DNA of 64,000 nt, taken from positions 113,586,001 through 113,650,000 of the forward strand of contig NC_087436.1 of the NCBI RefSeq assembly GCF_036321535.1. Direction: 5' to 3'. The notes below the pieces were generated by a model. The model was not told the origin of the DNA. It did no database searches and saw only the letters and a program-made list of their open reading frames with translations. This DNA comes from Camelus dromedarius (taxonomy: Eukaryota). This document shows, in pieces, positions 1 through 11,585 of this stretch; within the stretch, counting starts at the first letter, position 1; every line of letters begins with the position of its first letter. A program made the translations under genes and the position numbers.

Positions 1-467
1 CAATATGGGTTTACTAGTTTAGCCTTTACAACAATCTTAGGAAGAAGGTATTCCTTCATCTGGCAACGAAAGAATCAAGAGGTCATCGAGCTAATACATG
101 ACAGGGCTAGGATCTGAGCCTGGACGGCTGGCTCCAGAAAATTAAGATCCAGACCAGGCCCTTGGCAGTGGGAGCGGAAAAGAAGAGGTAGAAGTTCTAG
201 GACTTGGAGCCCGATTGGCTGGAAGGAGGGAGGGTGGCAACGGGGACCTCAGTCCCACCGGATTTCAGGCTTGGCTGTATACTGTCCTTCTCCCTCCTGC
301 CCACCCCCTCAGACATTGTGCAACCAGTGTCCCCAGGCCTGACCTCTTCCAGCAGGCCCCTTAAATTAGGAGGGGGCAGTCAATGCTGTAGTTTGTGTGG
401 TGGTTCAATATCCAGACTCTGGAGTAATCTGGATCACTGGGTTTGCATGTCTTCTTTCCTCTTTTTA

Positions 468-634
468 GTTCCTTGCTATTCAGGATGCGACTGAGGACCA
501 GCAATTATCACCTTGTTAGAAATTCAGAATCTCAGGCCCCACCCCAGACTCTCCTAGTCAGCATCTGCATTTTACTGGTTGATTCTGACACAACACAATC
601 GATACAGAGGTCCATTAATGTGTGAGGGACACTG
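468..634 (+). mobile_element. MER5A/MER5A1-like hAT-Charlie DNA transposon
   Basis: Core ttgttagaaattcagaatctcaggccccaccccagac...atctgcatttta and end ...gagggacactg match the recalled MER5A1 consensus. Confidence 0.8.
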
Positions 635-649
635 TTCAACGTGTTTTTA

Positions 650-805
650 CTCTGAGCAAATGATGTAACCAATCTCAATCTCAGTTTCTTCATCTATAAA
701 ATGGGGGGGATAATAGCACCTTTCTCATTGGGTTATTTGCAAGAATACATGTTAAGAGTTTATTCAGGAGCAGAGAGCAAACCTCAAAAAAATCACTTAT
801 TATTA
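650..805 (+). mobile_element. MIR SINE
   Basis: MIR core ctcagtttcttcatctataaaatgggg...ataatagcacc. Confidence 0.8.
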
Positions 806-1174
806 CTGTGATTTAGTTCTGATGAGAAGATCCAGTCTTGCATGCCGATCTTACAGGTTACAAAGCACAAGACCATGATCTGAGCTGGTTACTACAATAA
901 TCTTGTGAAAAGGATGAGGAAACCAAGGCTCTGAGAAGTGGCATGATGGGCCCAGAGCTCGAATTTAAAGTTAATAACTAGAGCTCCATTTTCAAGGGGA
1001 AATGGGGCATAGTTACATTACTTCCTCTAGTATCTTTGGGCATAGCCATTTTTACAGGGAGAGGGAAAGAAAACAAAAAGATAGGTCTATCAAGCTCATG
1101 TTTTAAGTCATAAACTTCTGGAGACCTTCTATACAGACAGCCCACCAGGGCAGCAGATGTGAAGAGACCCAGCA

Positions 1175-1617
1175 ACCCTTCCTGGTATCTTTGCTCCTCC
1201 AGACCCATCTCCATCCTCTCCTCCCTTGTGCCTCAAAACACTTATCGGTATGGACCACATCAATGAGTTCCTTCTCGCTCTGAATTCTGGCTAGGTCTTT
1301 CCCACAGGGAACCCTAGCAGAAGGTGGTGGATGGGAAGTGAGTGATGGTATTCACTCCTTGAACTCCTTTTTGGCAGACCACTCAATGTTGCTGCATCTC
1401 TCAGGCCACTGTCGAGGGGTCCTCTCTATAGAGTTACTTACCCTTTCCATCATCCAACATCTGTCCTTTCAGACCCAGTGTTGGTGACAGCTGTCTACTG
1501 TACAAGCCCTGGGTACTCTCCTTCTGCTTTACTCTCACCTTATCCCTCACCTACTATATATTTCTGCTATGACCTATTTTAAGAGTCACCTGTTTCCTGC
1601 CGTGACCCTAACTGATG
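1175..1617 (+). mobile_element. ERVL-type solo LTR (LTR33-like)
   Basis: 3' end ctgtttcctgccgtgaccctaactgat and internal tatggaccacatcaatgagttcc resemble LTR33. Confidence 0.65.
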
Positions 1618-1774
1618 AGGTGGCAATGGAGGGCACCTTCATATTCCAGAAGGAAAGGTGAGTCTCAGAGAAGGAATTTGATACACCTGTTGTCACATGG
1701 TTGGTTAATGATAGAGCCAAGTCTAGAATCCACAGGTCCCAGTTAATATTGTCTTATTGTCTGGCGTTCTCTTT

Positions 1775-1920
1775 ATCTAATTTTCCCCTTCCCCTCATTT
1801 GCATAGGACTCTTTCAAGGCTTCACAGTTCATTTGATAATCCTAGATTTGTATTTTATTTCTCAAAAAGGGCCTCAAATTGCATAGGTCTCAGACTCTAC
1901 ACAGCCAGGAGCCTTCCCTC
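1775..1920 (+). mobile_element. MER53-like hAT DNA transposon fragment
   Basis: tttctcaaaaagggcctcaaattgcataggtctcagactctacacagccaggagccttccct resembles the MER53 terminus. Confidence 0.55.
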
Positions 1921-3429
1921 CGCTTCGGGAAAGATGTGTAGACATGCATTTGACTTGACCATACATCTTAGTGGTAAGTGACAAAGCAAGGCTGGAGATT
2001 CATTCAGTAGGATCCAGCACTAGAACACCCACTAGTCACTCTTGTGAACTTATCTGTTGGCTTCTGGGACCAGCCTGCCCCTTTCATATTGCTTCCCCAC
2101 CCCCTCATGTCCCATGTTGTGTTCTTTCTGTTCCTGGCCACTGTGGATAGTGATACAGTTGGCCCTTCTACCATCATGGTGCTAAGGAAGCGCACGAACC
2201 CTCCTGAAGTCTTCTGAGTTTTTTGTTGATGAATTTAAGAATAAAAGAACAATAATATCAAAATCTGGGAATCTTCAAGATATGTGACTATTTAAAAGCA
2301 TCTACATACTTTATAATGCTGGCCTTCGCTGATTTGCAAATGCAGTCAGATCTCCTCTTTCCTGGACCCTTTCTTGTATCCCTCACTGACCCATCTTTTA
2401 CATATTCTTCTGGGAATGGGCTCTAGAGCTCTCTCTTCTCCTTCAGAAAGAGCCCTGGAGCAGGACAGTGGTGCCCAGGGTGGCTAGAGCAGCCATCTTG
2501 TACCATGACCATAAGCTGACCTTGAGAAGGAAGGTCACCCACAGTGTGGCCACATAATTACAAGGATAACTGCCCTTCATCAACGATTCATAGGGGTTTA
2601 TTCTCCTTTTATTCCCTACTCTTCCTCAAGTTCTATGCTCTGACCAACCCTTATATCCCTATATCTTGGGTAACCTCTACCCAGAGCACCTTTCTCTCCA
2701 GTCCCTGATGGCCAAGTAAATAAAAATGCCACTGCTTCTATGAAGCCTTTAAAGATGGACCCAGGTAAACATAAATCTTCTCCACTTCTGAGAATATACT
2801 TACATAAAATAACATAGCCAGTGCCTTATATAAAAACCAAGATATGCTAACATACGTTTATAGTGTTCTTCTACAGTGTTTAAATACTGCTATTACACAT
2901 ATTGAAGCCCTGGATTTTGACTTTAGTAGATACATATTATTATACTCTGTTTATAGATAAGGAAATTCAAGAGCAACAAGAATTAGTGACAGACCAGCTT
3001 CTAGAACTGGTCTGTACTAAAGGCAGTTTTAACTCATTACTCTATCCTGACTGGCAAGACACAGAAACGAAGGGCTGGGGTTCAGAGCTCTCAGCATTCA
3101 TCACAGGGTCGTAGGGTCATTCTGGTGAGACCGACTACCCAGATCAGCCTAGAAGAGAAAAGCTGAGGCTCCCAGCCTAGAATGGGGTGAATGGGTTGGA
3201 AGGTGGAGACAGCATTTATATGATTCTGGTTCATTAAAACCTTAAGTGGGGGCTAATCCCTTGTTAGTGCACAGATCCTACTGTCGCAGAAAGAAGGCAC
3301 GCGGAGTTCATTATTCAAGGATCTCACTCTGATTTGTCCTACTAATGTTCAGTGACTGCAGGCTGCTGGGAGGGTGGGATGTGGACTAAAGAGCTACTGA
3401 AACCCATCTTGCGTCAAGCCCTTTCTAGA

Positions 3430-3607
3430 TGGCATTTCCTTGATCTAGTCCTCATAGCAGCATTGTAAATTAGGTATTATTGTCTCTGTATTAGAGATTG
3501 GAAGAAGGGAAGCCAGGGGCGGTAAGCAATTCGCCCAAGGTCACAGAAAGAGTAAATAGCAGAACTGGGATTCACACCAAGTTCGGATTTCAAATCCTAT
3601 GCTCTTC
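3430..3607 (-). mobile_element. MIR SINE
   Basis: Antisense MIR: cctcatagcagc...gcccaaggtcacag...agtaaatagcagaactgggattcacacc. Confidence 0.8.
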
Positions 3608-4216
3608 AAAAAATAAGCTCTCTAGAAAGCCTTGAAAATGAGACCAGCTTTTAAGAGCCATCTTCTGTCCCCCTTGAGTAAACTGAAATCTCTCTCCTTC
3701 CTATGACTGAGATGGGAAAGGTGGGTACTCGATCCTCTCCCATCCCCGGAGACACTGGCTCTAGCCTTTCCCGTAGCCCCCGCAAGTTCTAGATCCTTAG
3801 CAAAGCCTCTCATCCTGAGCTGGATGGTCTGATGGGCCTGCGACAAGACTGGCATTCAGGAGCCACATCCTTTCCATTATCCAAGCCTCAGGAAGACCAT
3901 CGCAGCTGCTGTGCAATGACAGTCCCACACCACTCTCACCGCACTCCTGCTGCAGGCCTGGGAAGGAGCCATCAGACAGTAAAGCATCTTACTGCCGGCT
4001 TGTGAGTAAAGCCAGGTTAGCTCTCCCAAGGATCTATGATGCAAACTACCTGCTTAACCAGCTTTTTTTTTTTTCTTCTCCCAAAAAGAAAATCTTGTAA
4101 CTGATCTCTTCTGAAAGGCTGAAAGTCTGTTTCTGAACCTACGCTGGAAAACAGAGCGTATGAGTTCTCATGATGGACTCCTCCCAAAGCGTCCACTGTA
4201 GTTTACTTTGGGGCAT

Positions 4217-4690
4217 GTAGTAGATGGCAAAAATGGGCACGACTTCCCTCCTCTCACCACATTCCTGCTCTTTGGCATGTAACTTTGCAGCTCCTTCCAT
4301 CAAGAGGTGCAATCTTTTCCCCCAGCCTTGGGATCTGGGGCGGCCTGGGACGTGCCTTGGATAGTGGCAGAAATTCTGCAGAGCCAATTCCAAGCTTTTG
4401 CTGATTCTCTTTTGGGACCTTGCCTGGCCCCTATGTAAACAAGCTGGGGCCAGCCTGCCGGAGGATGAGAAACTGGGCAGAGCAGAGACCAACCATTGCA
4501 ACTGAGACCATTCCAGATCAGAAGAACTGCCAGCCCGCAGCTGAAACGTAGACTCATGAGCTGTATTGAACTGCTGTTGTTTTAAGCCTGAGCTTAAACA
4601 ATAAAATAAAATGTTTACAGTGATTCAGTCACTGATACAGTTAATCTCTGAGCTTTGGGGCGATTGATTATAAAGCAACAGCTGATACAG
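4217..4690 (+). mobile_element. MaLR solo LTR (MLT1G-like)
   Basis: Starts tgtagtagatggcaaaaatgg, has ctttgcagctccttccatcaagaggtg, ends ttgttttaagcc...gctgataca. Confidence 0.75.
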
Positions 4691-4809
4691 ATGTGACAAT
4701 GAGAACAGTTTTAAAGTGGGTAATTCTTGCCTAGTACACTGTCCAGTGCCAGGCACACCTGGGCCTCATGTACTTTTTCTCATTTTATCGTCACATCCAT
4801 AAAAGATAA

Positions 4810-5015
4810 CATTTTGTTGAATATTTACTTGGTACCAGATACTGTGTTTTATATGTCATAAAATTCAATCCTTATACTTATCATATGAGATATATCTTAT
4901 TATACCACCTTTATAGGTAAAGAAATGGGTTCTCAGGGAGGTTGAGTGAATCAGCTAAGGCCAAGGTTAACCAGCTGCAAAGTGGCAGAGCTGAGATTTG
5001 ACCTTGGGGTCTGAC
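4810..5015 (-). mobile_element. MIR SINE (further MIR pieces at ~4730-4800 and ~5090-5195)
   Basis: tttataggtaaagaaatgggttctcagggaggttgagtg...agtggcagagctgagatttgacc. Confidence 0.75.
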
Positions 5016-6030
5016 TTGTGTGCCGTACCTGCATTTTTCGCAACCCCACCCTGCCCCGGGAACCTCCACTTCCCTAACCAGCTTTCAAGAAAGGTAATTT
5101 TATGCCTTATTTTCAGAAAATGGTTTCAAGGAGGTAAATAACTCATCTAAGAGCCCCGAATTAACCGATGGAGGTGTTGGGTTTTGCACCTAGGACTCAC
5201 AGACTCCAAACCTGAATTTGCTCAGGTTGATTATTAAGAAATATTTCCTAAATGGGGAAGAACATATTTCTATCTGTGCTTGGACCATGTTCTTTGTTTT
5301 AAAACACATTCTGTTCTGTTTTGAAAGTGTTCTAAAAGTCATGTTTTGCAAAGCCCAAACTGTAACAGAAAGCAGGTTGTAAAAGGAACTGGTGAGAGCT
5401 ATTGCCCAGAAAAACCAGCTGGGAAGCATTTCAGTGTCAATCTTATTATTGCTTTTAAATTAGCAGTGACTTCAAAAGCCTTTGAAGTAGCTGGCAGGGA
5501 ATGCCTGGATTGGAGAAAACAATCACTGGAGGGTTTTCTCAGCAGGCGTATGATTTATAAACGTTCATCCGTGTTAGGCCTTGGCACTGAGAACGGTTGG
5601 AAAGCAGGCAGGGGGATCTTAGCAGGAAGCTTCTAGCTGACGTGGATTGCCAGGAAGACCCAATTAGGCTGTCCCTCTCAGTAGCAAAAGCCAGAGCAGA
5701 GGGAATAAATTATTTGTGGCAGTGGCCAAAGCTGCTGACAGCTTCAGAGACCACCCATGACGTCCTTCCCTGTCACGCTGACTTGAAAGCCCTGAGAGGC
5801 ACTAACCGCAGAGGCCTGAGGCGTTCCAACAGGAGAGCTGAACTAGGTGAAGCTGAACGGCGGCTCCTAACACCGGAAGTACAGGTGTTAAGCTACCCCT
5901 GCCCTCAACTCTGAACCTCTGTCTGAAGACCTCCGTTGCTCATTTTCTAGGACTGAGTTCAGAGTTCACCTCTGAAACCTCTGACATGACCTGGGACTTC
6001 TCTCCATCCAAATAGGACTCACCTGTATCT

Positions 6031-6165
6031 CCATCCATCCATCCATCCATCCAGCATTTGATGACTTCCTACTCGGTGCATGATATTACCAGTTCTTGGG
6101 GATACCAGTGATCTCAAAGTAGACAAGGTTCCCCTCATCCTCATGGTCCTTAAGTCTTGGGAAGA
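6031..6165 (-). mobile_element. L2 LINE 3' end with (CCAT)n tail
   Basis: (ccat)n then cagcatttgatgacttcctac...ggggataccagtg...agacaaggttccc, an antisense L2 3' end. Confidence 0.7.
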
Positions 6166-6705
6166 GCATAGAGACTACCTAATGGGTATGTCTCTGGGAC
6201 ACCAAGAAAAAAGGACACCAAGAAATTGTTTAGAAATAATTTGATAATTTTACACACACACAAATATGTTATCAACATAAGAAAAAAAAATCACAACCAG
6301 TTTGAACTTCCCTGTACGTATTTATGCTTTAGGAGTGTTTTTATATTGAATTCCATTTCAGAAGGAAAGAAACCATGATCTTTTCAAAGCTTGGTGTCTC
6401 AAAAGGTCCTTCGTCCTTGTAAAAAGGAGAACATAAGCATTTATGCTAAGTGCTCTGATGGGGGAATGTTTGTGAGCTTCAAAAGAAACTGGGAGAGGTG
6501 TTTAATAAGCCTTGAAGCTGGTGTGTGTGTATGCACATGCGCACGTGCACATGGATATTTGTGCATGTGTTGGAAAGTGGTCACAGAAGCCCAGTGGAGA
6601 AAAAGTTAGTCCTTCCTTCCTGTCTGCTCTCATAGTTCACGGGGCATGCCTCTACTCTAGCTCCTGCCTTAATTAATCACCTACACGTCCATTTCTAGCA
6701 GATGC

Positions 6706-7140
6706 TGTGGGACCCCACTCATTGCCTGCTGATGTCCACTCTTCTAGTGCCTGCCCACAGTGTCCTGTAATAGGCACCTGCAGCTTTCCACCTGAGCAGA
6801 CTTTCTACATCCATGGGCAGGGAAAACCAGACACGCAAGAGGGCTAGGGTCCCTGGGAGCAGCCCTCATCTCAGTGAGAGATGGATTAGAGTCAGGTGAT
6901 AAATAGTCCAGTTCATCAGCCTTTGGCAGGGTCACTAAGGAGGCAAGTTCTGCAACCTGTCCAAGAGTTCTCAGATAGGGCTGAGCCCCCTCAGTGACCA
7001 GCATGACAACGGCCGTTATCATTCCCTTTCTCTGCCCAGTCTCACCCCCCCATTTCTCAAACAGTTGTCCTGGGATTGTCTCCAAATAAACTTCTTGCAC
7101 ATCCATCCTGGCCTCAGAGTCTGCTTCCAGGGGAGTCAGA
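6706..7140 (+). mobile_element. ERVL solo LTR (LTR16-like)
   Basis: ccctgggagcagccctca...ggtgataaatagtccag...ccaaataaacttcttgcac...cctcagagtctgcttccaggg. Confidence 0.75.
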
Positions 7141-7744
7141 GCTAGTGGCTCTCCTCTCAGTGTAGGGCGGAGTCTAGCACAAAGACTGGTAGATAGTTGG
7201 ACTTGATGAATGTTAAACAAATGAATTAATGAGTAAAAGGTATGAATGACTGATCAGATTTCTACCCTATTTTTTTTTTAAATGAGACTCAAATCAATCT
7301 CTAAATAATGGCATTTTAGAGGAGAAAATTACAAAATTCCCAAAATTATGTTTGGGAAGTAACTGACAGGTGTTTTGGCTTCTGGAGAATAGGAGACACC
7401 AAGGCTGGTCTTGGAGGGAAAAATCAAGCTGTGTCAACGGCCTCCCATCTCCTTTCCTGTATTTCGATCATCCTCCCACTACAGTACCTACAAAGACACC
7501 AATAACAGCCTGCCTTCTCTTTGTGGAAATTTTGATTAGATTCAAAGAGTTGGATGTAGTCTCAAGATAAAGACCTGGTAAATGCTATATAATTCTCAAA
7601 AGTGGTTGATTGATTCATTTATTTAATTCATTTGTTTGTAAATTTATTCAATCAGTAATTTACTTATTCATTAATTTGATCATTCATTAATTGAATCACT
7701 CCTTCCCATCCTTGCCGACTCCAAAAACTTTTGTTCTAAGGATC

Positions 7745-7970
7745 TAGTAATTAAGCTCAGGGTCTCTAGAGATTAAGTGCCTGGATTGGCATCCTGGCTG
7801 TGTAACCTTGGGCAAGTTACTTACCCTATATGTGCTCTGACCTCGTCAGGCGTCAAATGAGGATAAGGTGTGTCCCTTGTGGAGAAGGTGAAAGGATTAG
7901 TGGGGTAGGTAAAGCGCTTAGAACAATGCTCACTTGTGGTCAGCGAGCGTCACAGCAGGAATCACCATTA
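7745..7970 (+). mobile_element. MIR SINE
   Basis: gctgtgtaaccttgggcaagttacttacc...gtaaagcgcttagaacaatgc. Confidence 0.85.
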
Positions 7971-8099
7971 TCCTGCTTTGTGGACGGTCAGACTCGGCTG
8001 GGTATTCACTCTTCACACAGCCTCTGTTTCGTTTTCTCTTTGCTATCTCTAGTTTTCCTCTCTGCAACACAAAGATCACATCCATGAACTTCTGAATCA

Positions 8100-8720
8100 G
8101 TCCTGAAATTTTGCCTGATGCATCCCTCTCCTGCCTAAGAATCAAAAACACCGCGAAGCGGGAGAGTGTATCGCTGCAACCTTTCAGCTCCCCTGGGAGC
8201 CGCTCACCCCTGCCCTTCCAGCTGCACTTGAACTGTCCCAAGTCTCCCTCCCTTCCTCTGATCTCCTGCTTCACTTCTGCTGCTTCTGTCACACTCAGCC
8301 CCACCTGCTAGGTGTGAGGGGATTAGCCAAGGCAAACAGTTGACACAAAGGTGCAGGCGAGGCAGCAGCTTCCAAGGAGGCGTTCATCCTGGAGGCTCTA
8401 CTGTTTAGACTGCATTCCCCCTTCTTCTCTTACAACCACACTACCTTGGCCTCCACCCTGACACCTAATTAGATTAGGAGCAGCCGCTCCCTTGTCCTCT
8501 TCTCACTCTGCTTTGGGACCAGCCGAGGGGCAGGGGCAGGGGCAGGGGCAGGGGCAGGGGCAGGGGCAGGGGCAGGTTGGGGAGAGGAGCGGGCAGCTCC
8601 CTGCAGACAGCTCTGGATTGGACAAGAGAAGACGGGACCCTGGTTTGCTGGGAATGGAAAACAAAATGTGTGTGGAAGGGCGATGTCCACCGTAGCAGGA
8701 ACACATTCCTGTAGTTCATA
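8100..8720. promoter_or_regulatory. Candidate enhancer/alternative promoter (T-box + homeodomain + TEAD motifs)
   Basis: No interspersed repeat recognised. AGGTGTGA 8310-8317, GGGATTAG 8319-8326, TGACACCT 8459-8466, TAATTAGATTA 8466-8476, CATTCC/GGAATG at 8413, 8651, 8704. Confidence 0.4.
8527..8574 (+). repeat. (GGGGCA)8 perfect hexamer tandem repeat, G-quadruplex-capable
   Basis: Eight GGGGCA units read directly. Confidence 0.95.
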
Positions 8721-8844
8721 TTTCATTAACCCTTTACAGTCCACGCAGCAGGTTGAAAGAGTCCCCAGAGACAAAGTAATGTCACTATGGTTCATAGAAA
8801 GTGTAGGGTGATATACAGGCATGTAGGTTATGAGGATGGTGGTA

Positions 8845-9030
8845 GCACAGAATTACCGAGAGGCATTCTAATGCCCAAAAGCCTGGGTCAAATCTCTATT
8901 CTGCTATTTACTGAGTGACTGAAGTTGGACAAGTTTATGTGCCTTGGGGTTTCCACGTGGAAAATGAAGAAGGTAATAAAGTCCACGGGCCCTCAGGTTG
9001 CTGGGAATGACCAAATGCAGCCATCCACGT
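8845..9030 (+). mobile_element. MIR SINE
   Basis: gcctgggtcaaatctctattctgctatttactgagtgactgaagttggacaagtt. Confidence 0.7.
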
Positions 9031-9137
9031 ACTGCATTCGAGTAGTAACCACACTTCATAGCTATTGAGCACCTACTGTGTGCCAGGCACTTCCCTGAGA
9101 ACTCCCTATTTGTAGGCCTGGATGTTAACTAGGTGCT

Positions 9138-9630
9138 TGTATCAGTCTGGTTACATGCAAGGCGAAAAACCTAAAACAGCAGTAGCTTAGATAAGGTAGA
9201 AGTTTACTTCTCTCTTATATGAAAGAAGTCCAGACATAGGAAACCCAGGGTGGGTGTGGCCACTCTGTGGTCATCAGGGACCCAGGCATCTTCTACTTCA
9301 TCATTCAAGTACTGGTTTCTATCCTCAAGATCGCCTCATCTTCCATGGACCTCTAACCATTGCATCCATGCCTCAGGCAGCAGGAAGAAGATGAAGTATT
9401 AGGATGTACCTTCTAGGTGAGTTAGCTCTCCTTTAGGAATTTTCCCAGAGGTCCCACACGTTAGTTAAGCTCCATCTCATTGAACAGAACTCAGTCATCT
9501 TGTCTACCCAACTGCAAGGCAGTCTGGGGAATGTACCTTTTATCTCGGTGGATCACCACCTTGAATAAACAAGAGTCTGCTATTAAGGGAAAAAAGGACA
9601 ACAGATATGGGTAGGTATCAAATATTTCCC
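9138..9630 (-). mobile_element. MaLR LTR (MLT1J/K-like), 3' LTR of a two-LTR element
   Basis: Begins TGTATCAGT; agaagtttacttctctc...gtcatcagggacccaggc...ctcattgaacagaactcagtcatc. Confidence 0.75.
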
Positions 9631-11183
9631 ATCAGTTTATCTTTTTAGCTCCCCAAATCCAAACCTGCCTTTTTCTGATATGTAGAACATAACCCCTCTC
9701 CAAAGAAGAGGGTCCGGATAGCTCATCCAGGTACGTCTAGGATCTCTGAGGATGTGCAGTTCTTTCTACCAGATCTGATGGAGTCTCCTTGAACCCCAGT
9801 GAACCTACATACTGGGACAACCTGTCTGGGTCTCACTCTTTGCACAGCCAATGCTCAGTGGTAAAGCAGAAACAGCATATCTGCAGAAAAAACTCCCATT
9901 CAGTAAAGGGGAAGGTGAGTCTAACATCACAGCAACCAGTCCGTGGAAAATGACAGCTCCTGCAGGGCAGACCCTTGTTTGACAGCTTAGAAGGTTTCTG
10001 TTTTACCTGTTCCTGGGAAGTTCTGTATCTGAAAGATCACAACCAAAAATCTTGCCAAGCTGGGGGTTTTAAACCTGAAGACTCTTGGAGTTTATTCACA
10101 ATTGTCTGTGTTCAGTTCATTCTTCTCCCCCAACCTGACGGCCATATGAAACTTTGGTCAGGAAGCAATACATTTATTCTCATTTTACTAGCAAGTCAAC
10201 TTAATGCTGATAATAAATTCACGTTAGGTAACAATCTTCCAAGTTCTCCAATTATAGATTCTTAGTCTGGATGACAGTCTGTGGGCAAAGCAAAACTGTA
10301 TTTCCTATGATTTCTTCTTGTAAATGGATAGATGTTGTTTGACTTTATTTTTTGTGGAACTTTGCTAAAAGTGTCGTGCAATGTTGTCCCGTATCAACTG
10401 TGGTAGGAGCCCCTAAGACGGTCCCCAACGATCACCACTTCCTGGTGTTTACTTACGTATCTACCTCCCTTGAACGTGGGCTGGATTTAGAGACTCACTA
10501 CGGGTTAATAAAACATAGGAGAGGTGGTGGGGCCCTCGTGACATTAGGACTTGAGTGCTCTTTCTCTTCTCTCTCACTCCAACACTTTCTCTCTGAGGGA
10601 AACCAGCTGCCTTCTGGAAGGGCCTGTGGAAAGAAATTGAGGGAGGCCTTTGACCAATATCCAGTGAAGAACTGAGGATCTTAATCCAATGGACTTTACA
10701 GAACTAATCCTGCCAAAAACCACGTTTGTGAACTTGTAAATAGATCTCAGCTGAGCCTTCAGATGAGGCTGAAACCCAAAGTGATACCTTCATTGCAACC
10801 CTAAAAGAAACCTTGATCAAGAAAGACCCAGCTAAGTTGTGCTTGGATTTCTTACCCATAAAAACTGTGAGACAATAAATATTTCCTGTTTCAAGCTTTT
10901 AAGTTTTGGGGGTATTTGATATTCAGCAATAGAGAACTAATCCACCAACATTCTGGAATTTTCCTTTCTTCTGTCTTGATGTTGCAGCCTCAGTGAGTGT
11001 GTGATCTCTGCTTTCAATAGGAATGAGGTTGGCCAGAAGTTGTGCCACCATCTAGCATAGGGCACCCAGTTTCTTGCCTGCAATCTCCTAGGCCTTAAAA
11101 ACTGCTCTAGTGCCTTCTCTTATAAAGCAATGACAAATTTTAGTATCTGTTCCTTTATTACTTCTCCTGCAAGAACTACGTTC
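9631..11183 (-). mobile_element. MaLR internal sequence (MLT1-int-like), interrupted by a younger MLT1E-like LTR
   Basis: Lies between two homologous same-orientation LTRs; segments such as aaaactcccattcagtaaagggga resemble MLT1 internal consensus. Confidence 0.55.
10399..10944 (+). mobile_element. MaLR solo LTR (MLT1E-like) with 5-bp TSD
   Basis: TGTGGTAGG...gagccttcagatgag...acccagctaag...aactgtgagacaataaat...aactaatcCA; flanked by TCAAC (10394-10398) and CCAAC (10945-10949). Confidence 0.85.
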
Positions 11184-11580
11184 TGCATCAGTTAGGTAGG
11201 TTAGCTCCAGCTGCATCTAAAAGAAATGCAAAATTACAGTAGAATATACAAAGAAGAAGTTTATTTCAGTCTCATATGAAAGACGTCTAGCAGTAGGTAA
11301 CATCGGACTGCTTTAGTGGTTCTACATTCATCAATGTCCCAGGTCCCTTTCTTTCTATTCTTAGAATTTGGCATCCATCATGAAGACCACCTCATAGTCC
11401 AAAATGGCTGCTTTAGCACTATCCATCATACCCTTACTGCTACAGAAGGATGAAGCAGGTAAATAAGTCATCTTAGTTGTGTCAGTTCCCTTTAGGCACT
11501 CATCTGAGAACTGTTTTCCATATATATTTGTGTAACGGACAAAAAGATATTTAAAAAGCAGGAACCCTTGCAAGTAATCT
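11184..11580 (-). mobile_element. MaLR LTR (MLT1J/K-like), 5' LTR
   Basis: Begins TGCATCAGT; 30/36 identical to the 9138 LTR over 11255-11290 vs 9198-9233; contains aaaatggctgct. Confidence 0.7.
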
Positions 11581-11585
11581 ATTCC

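Noticed and set aside
6744..7220. 158-aa minus-strand ORF
   Set aside because: Antisense reading of an LTR16-like LTR; no recognisable domain
8469..8822. PAPAPA/GQGQGQ/CPCPCP ORFs
   Set aside because: Produced by the (GGGGCA)8 repeat; no other coding signal
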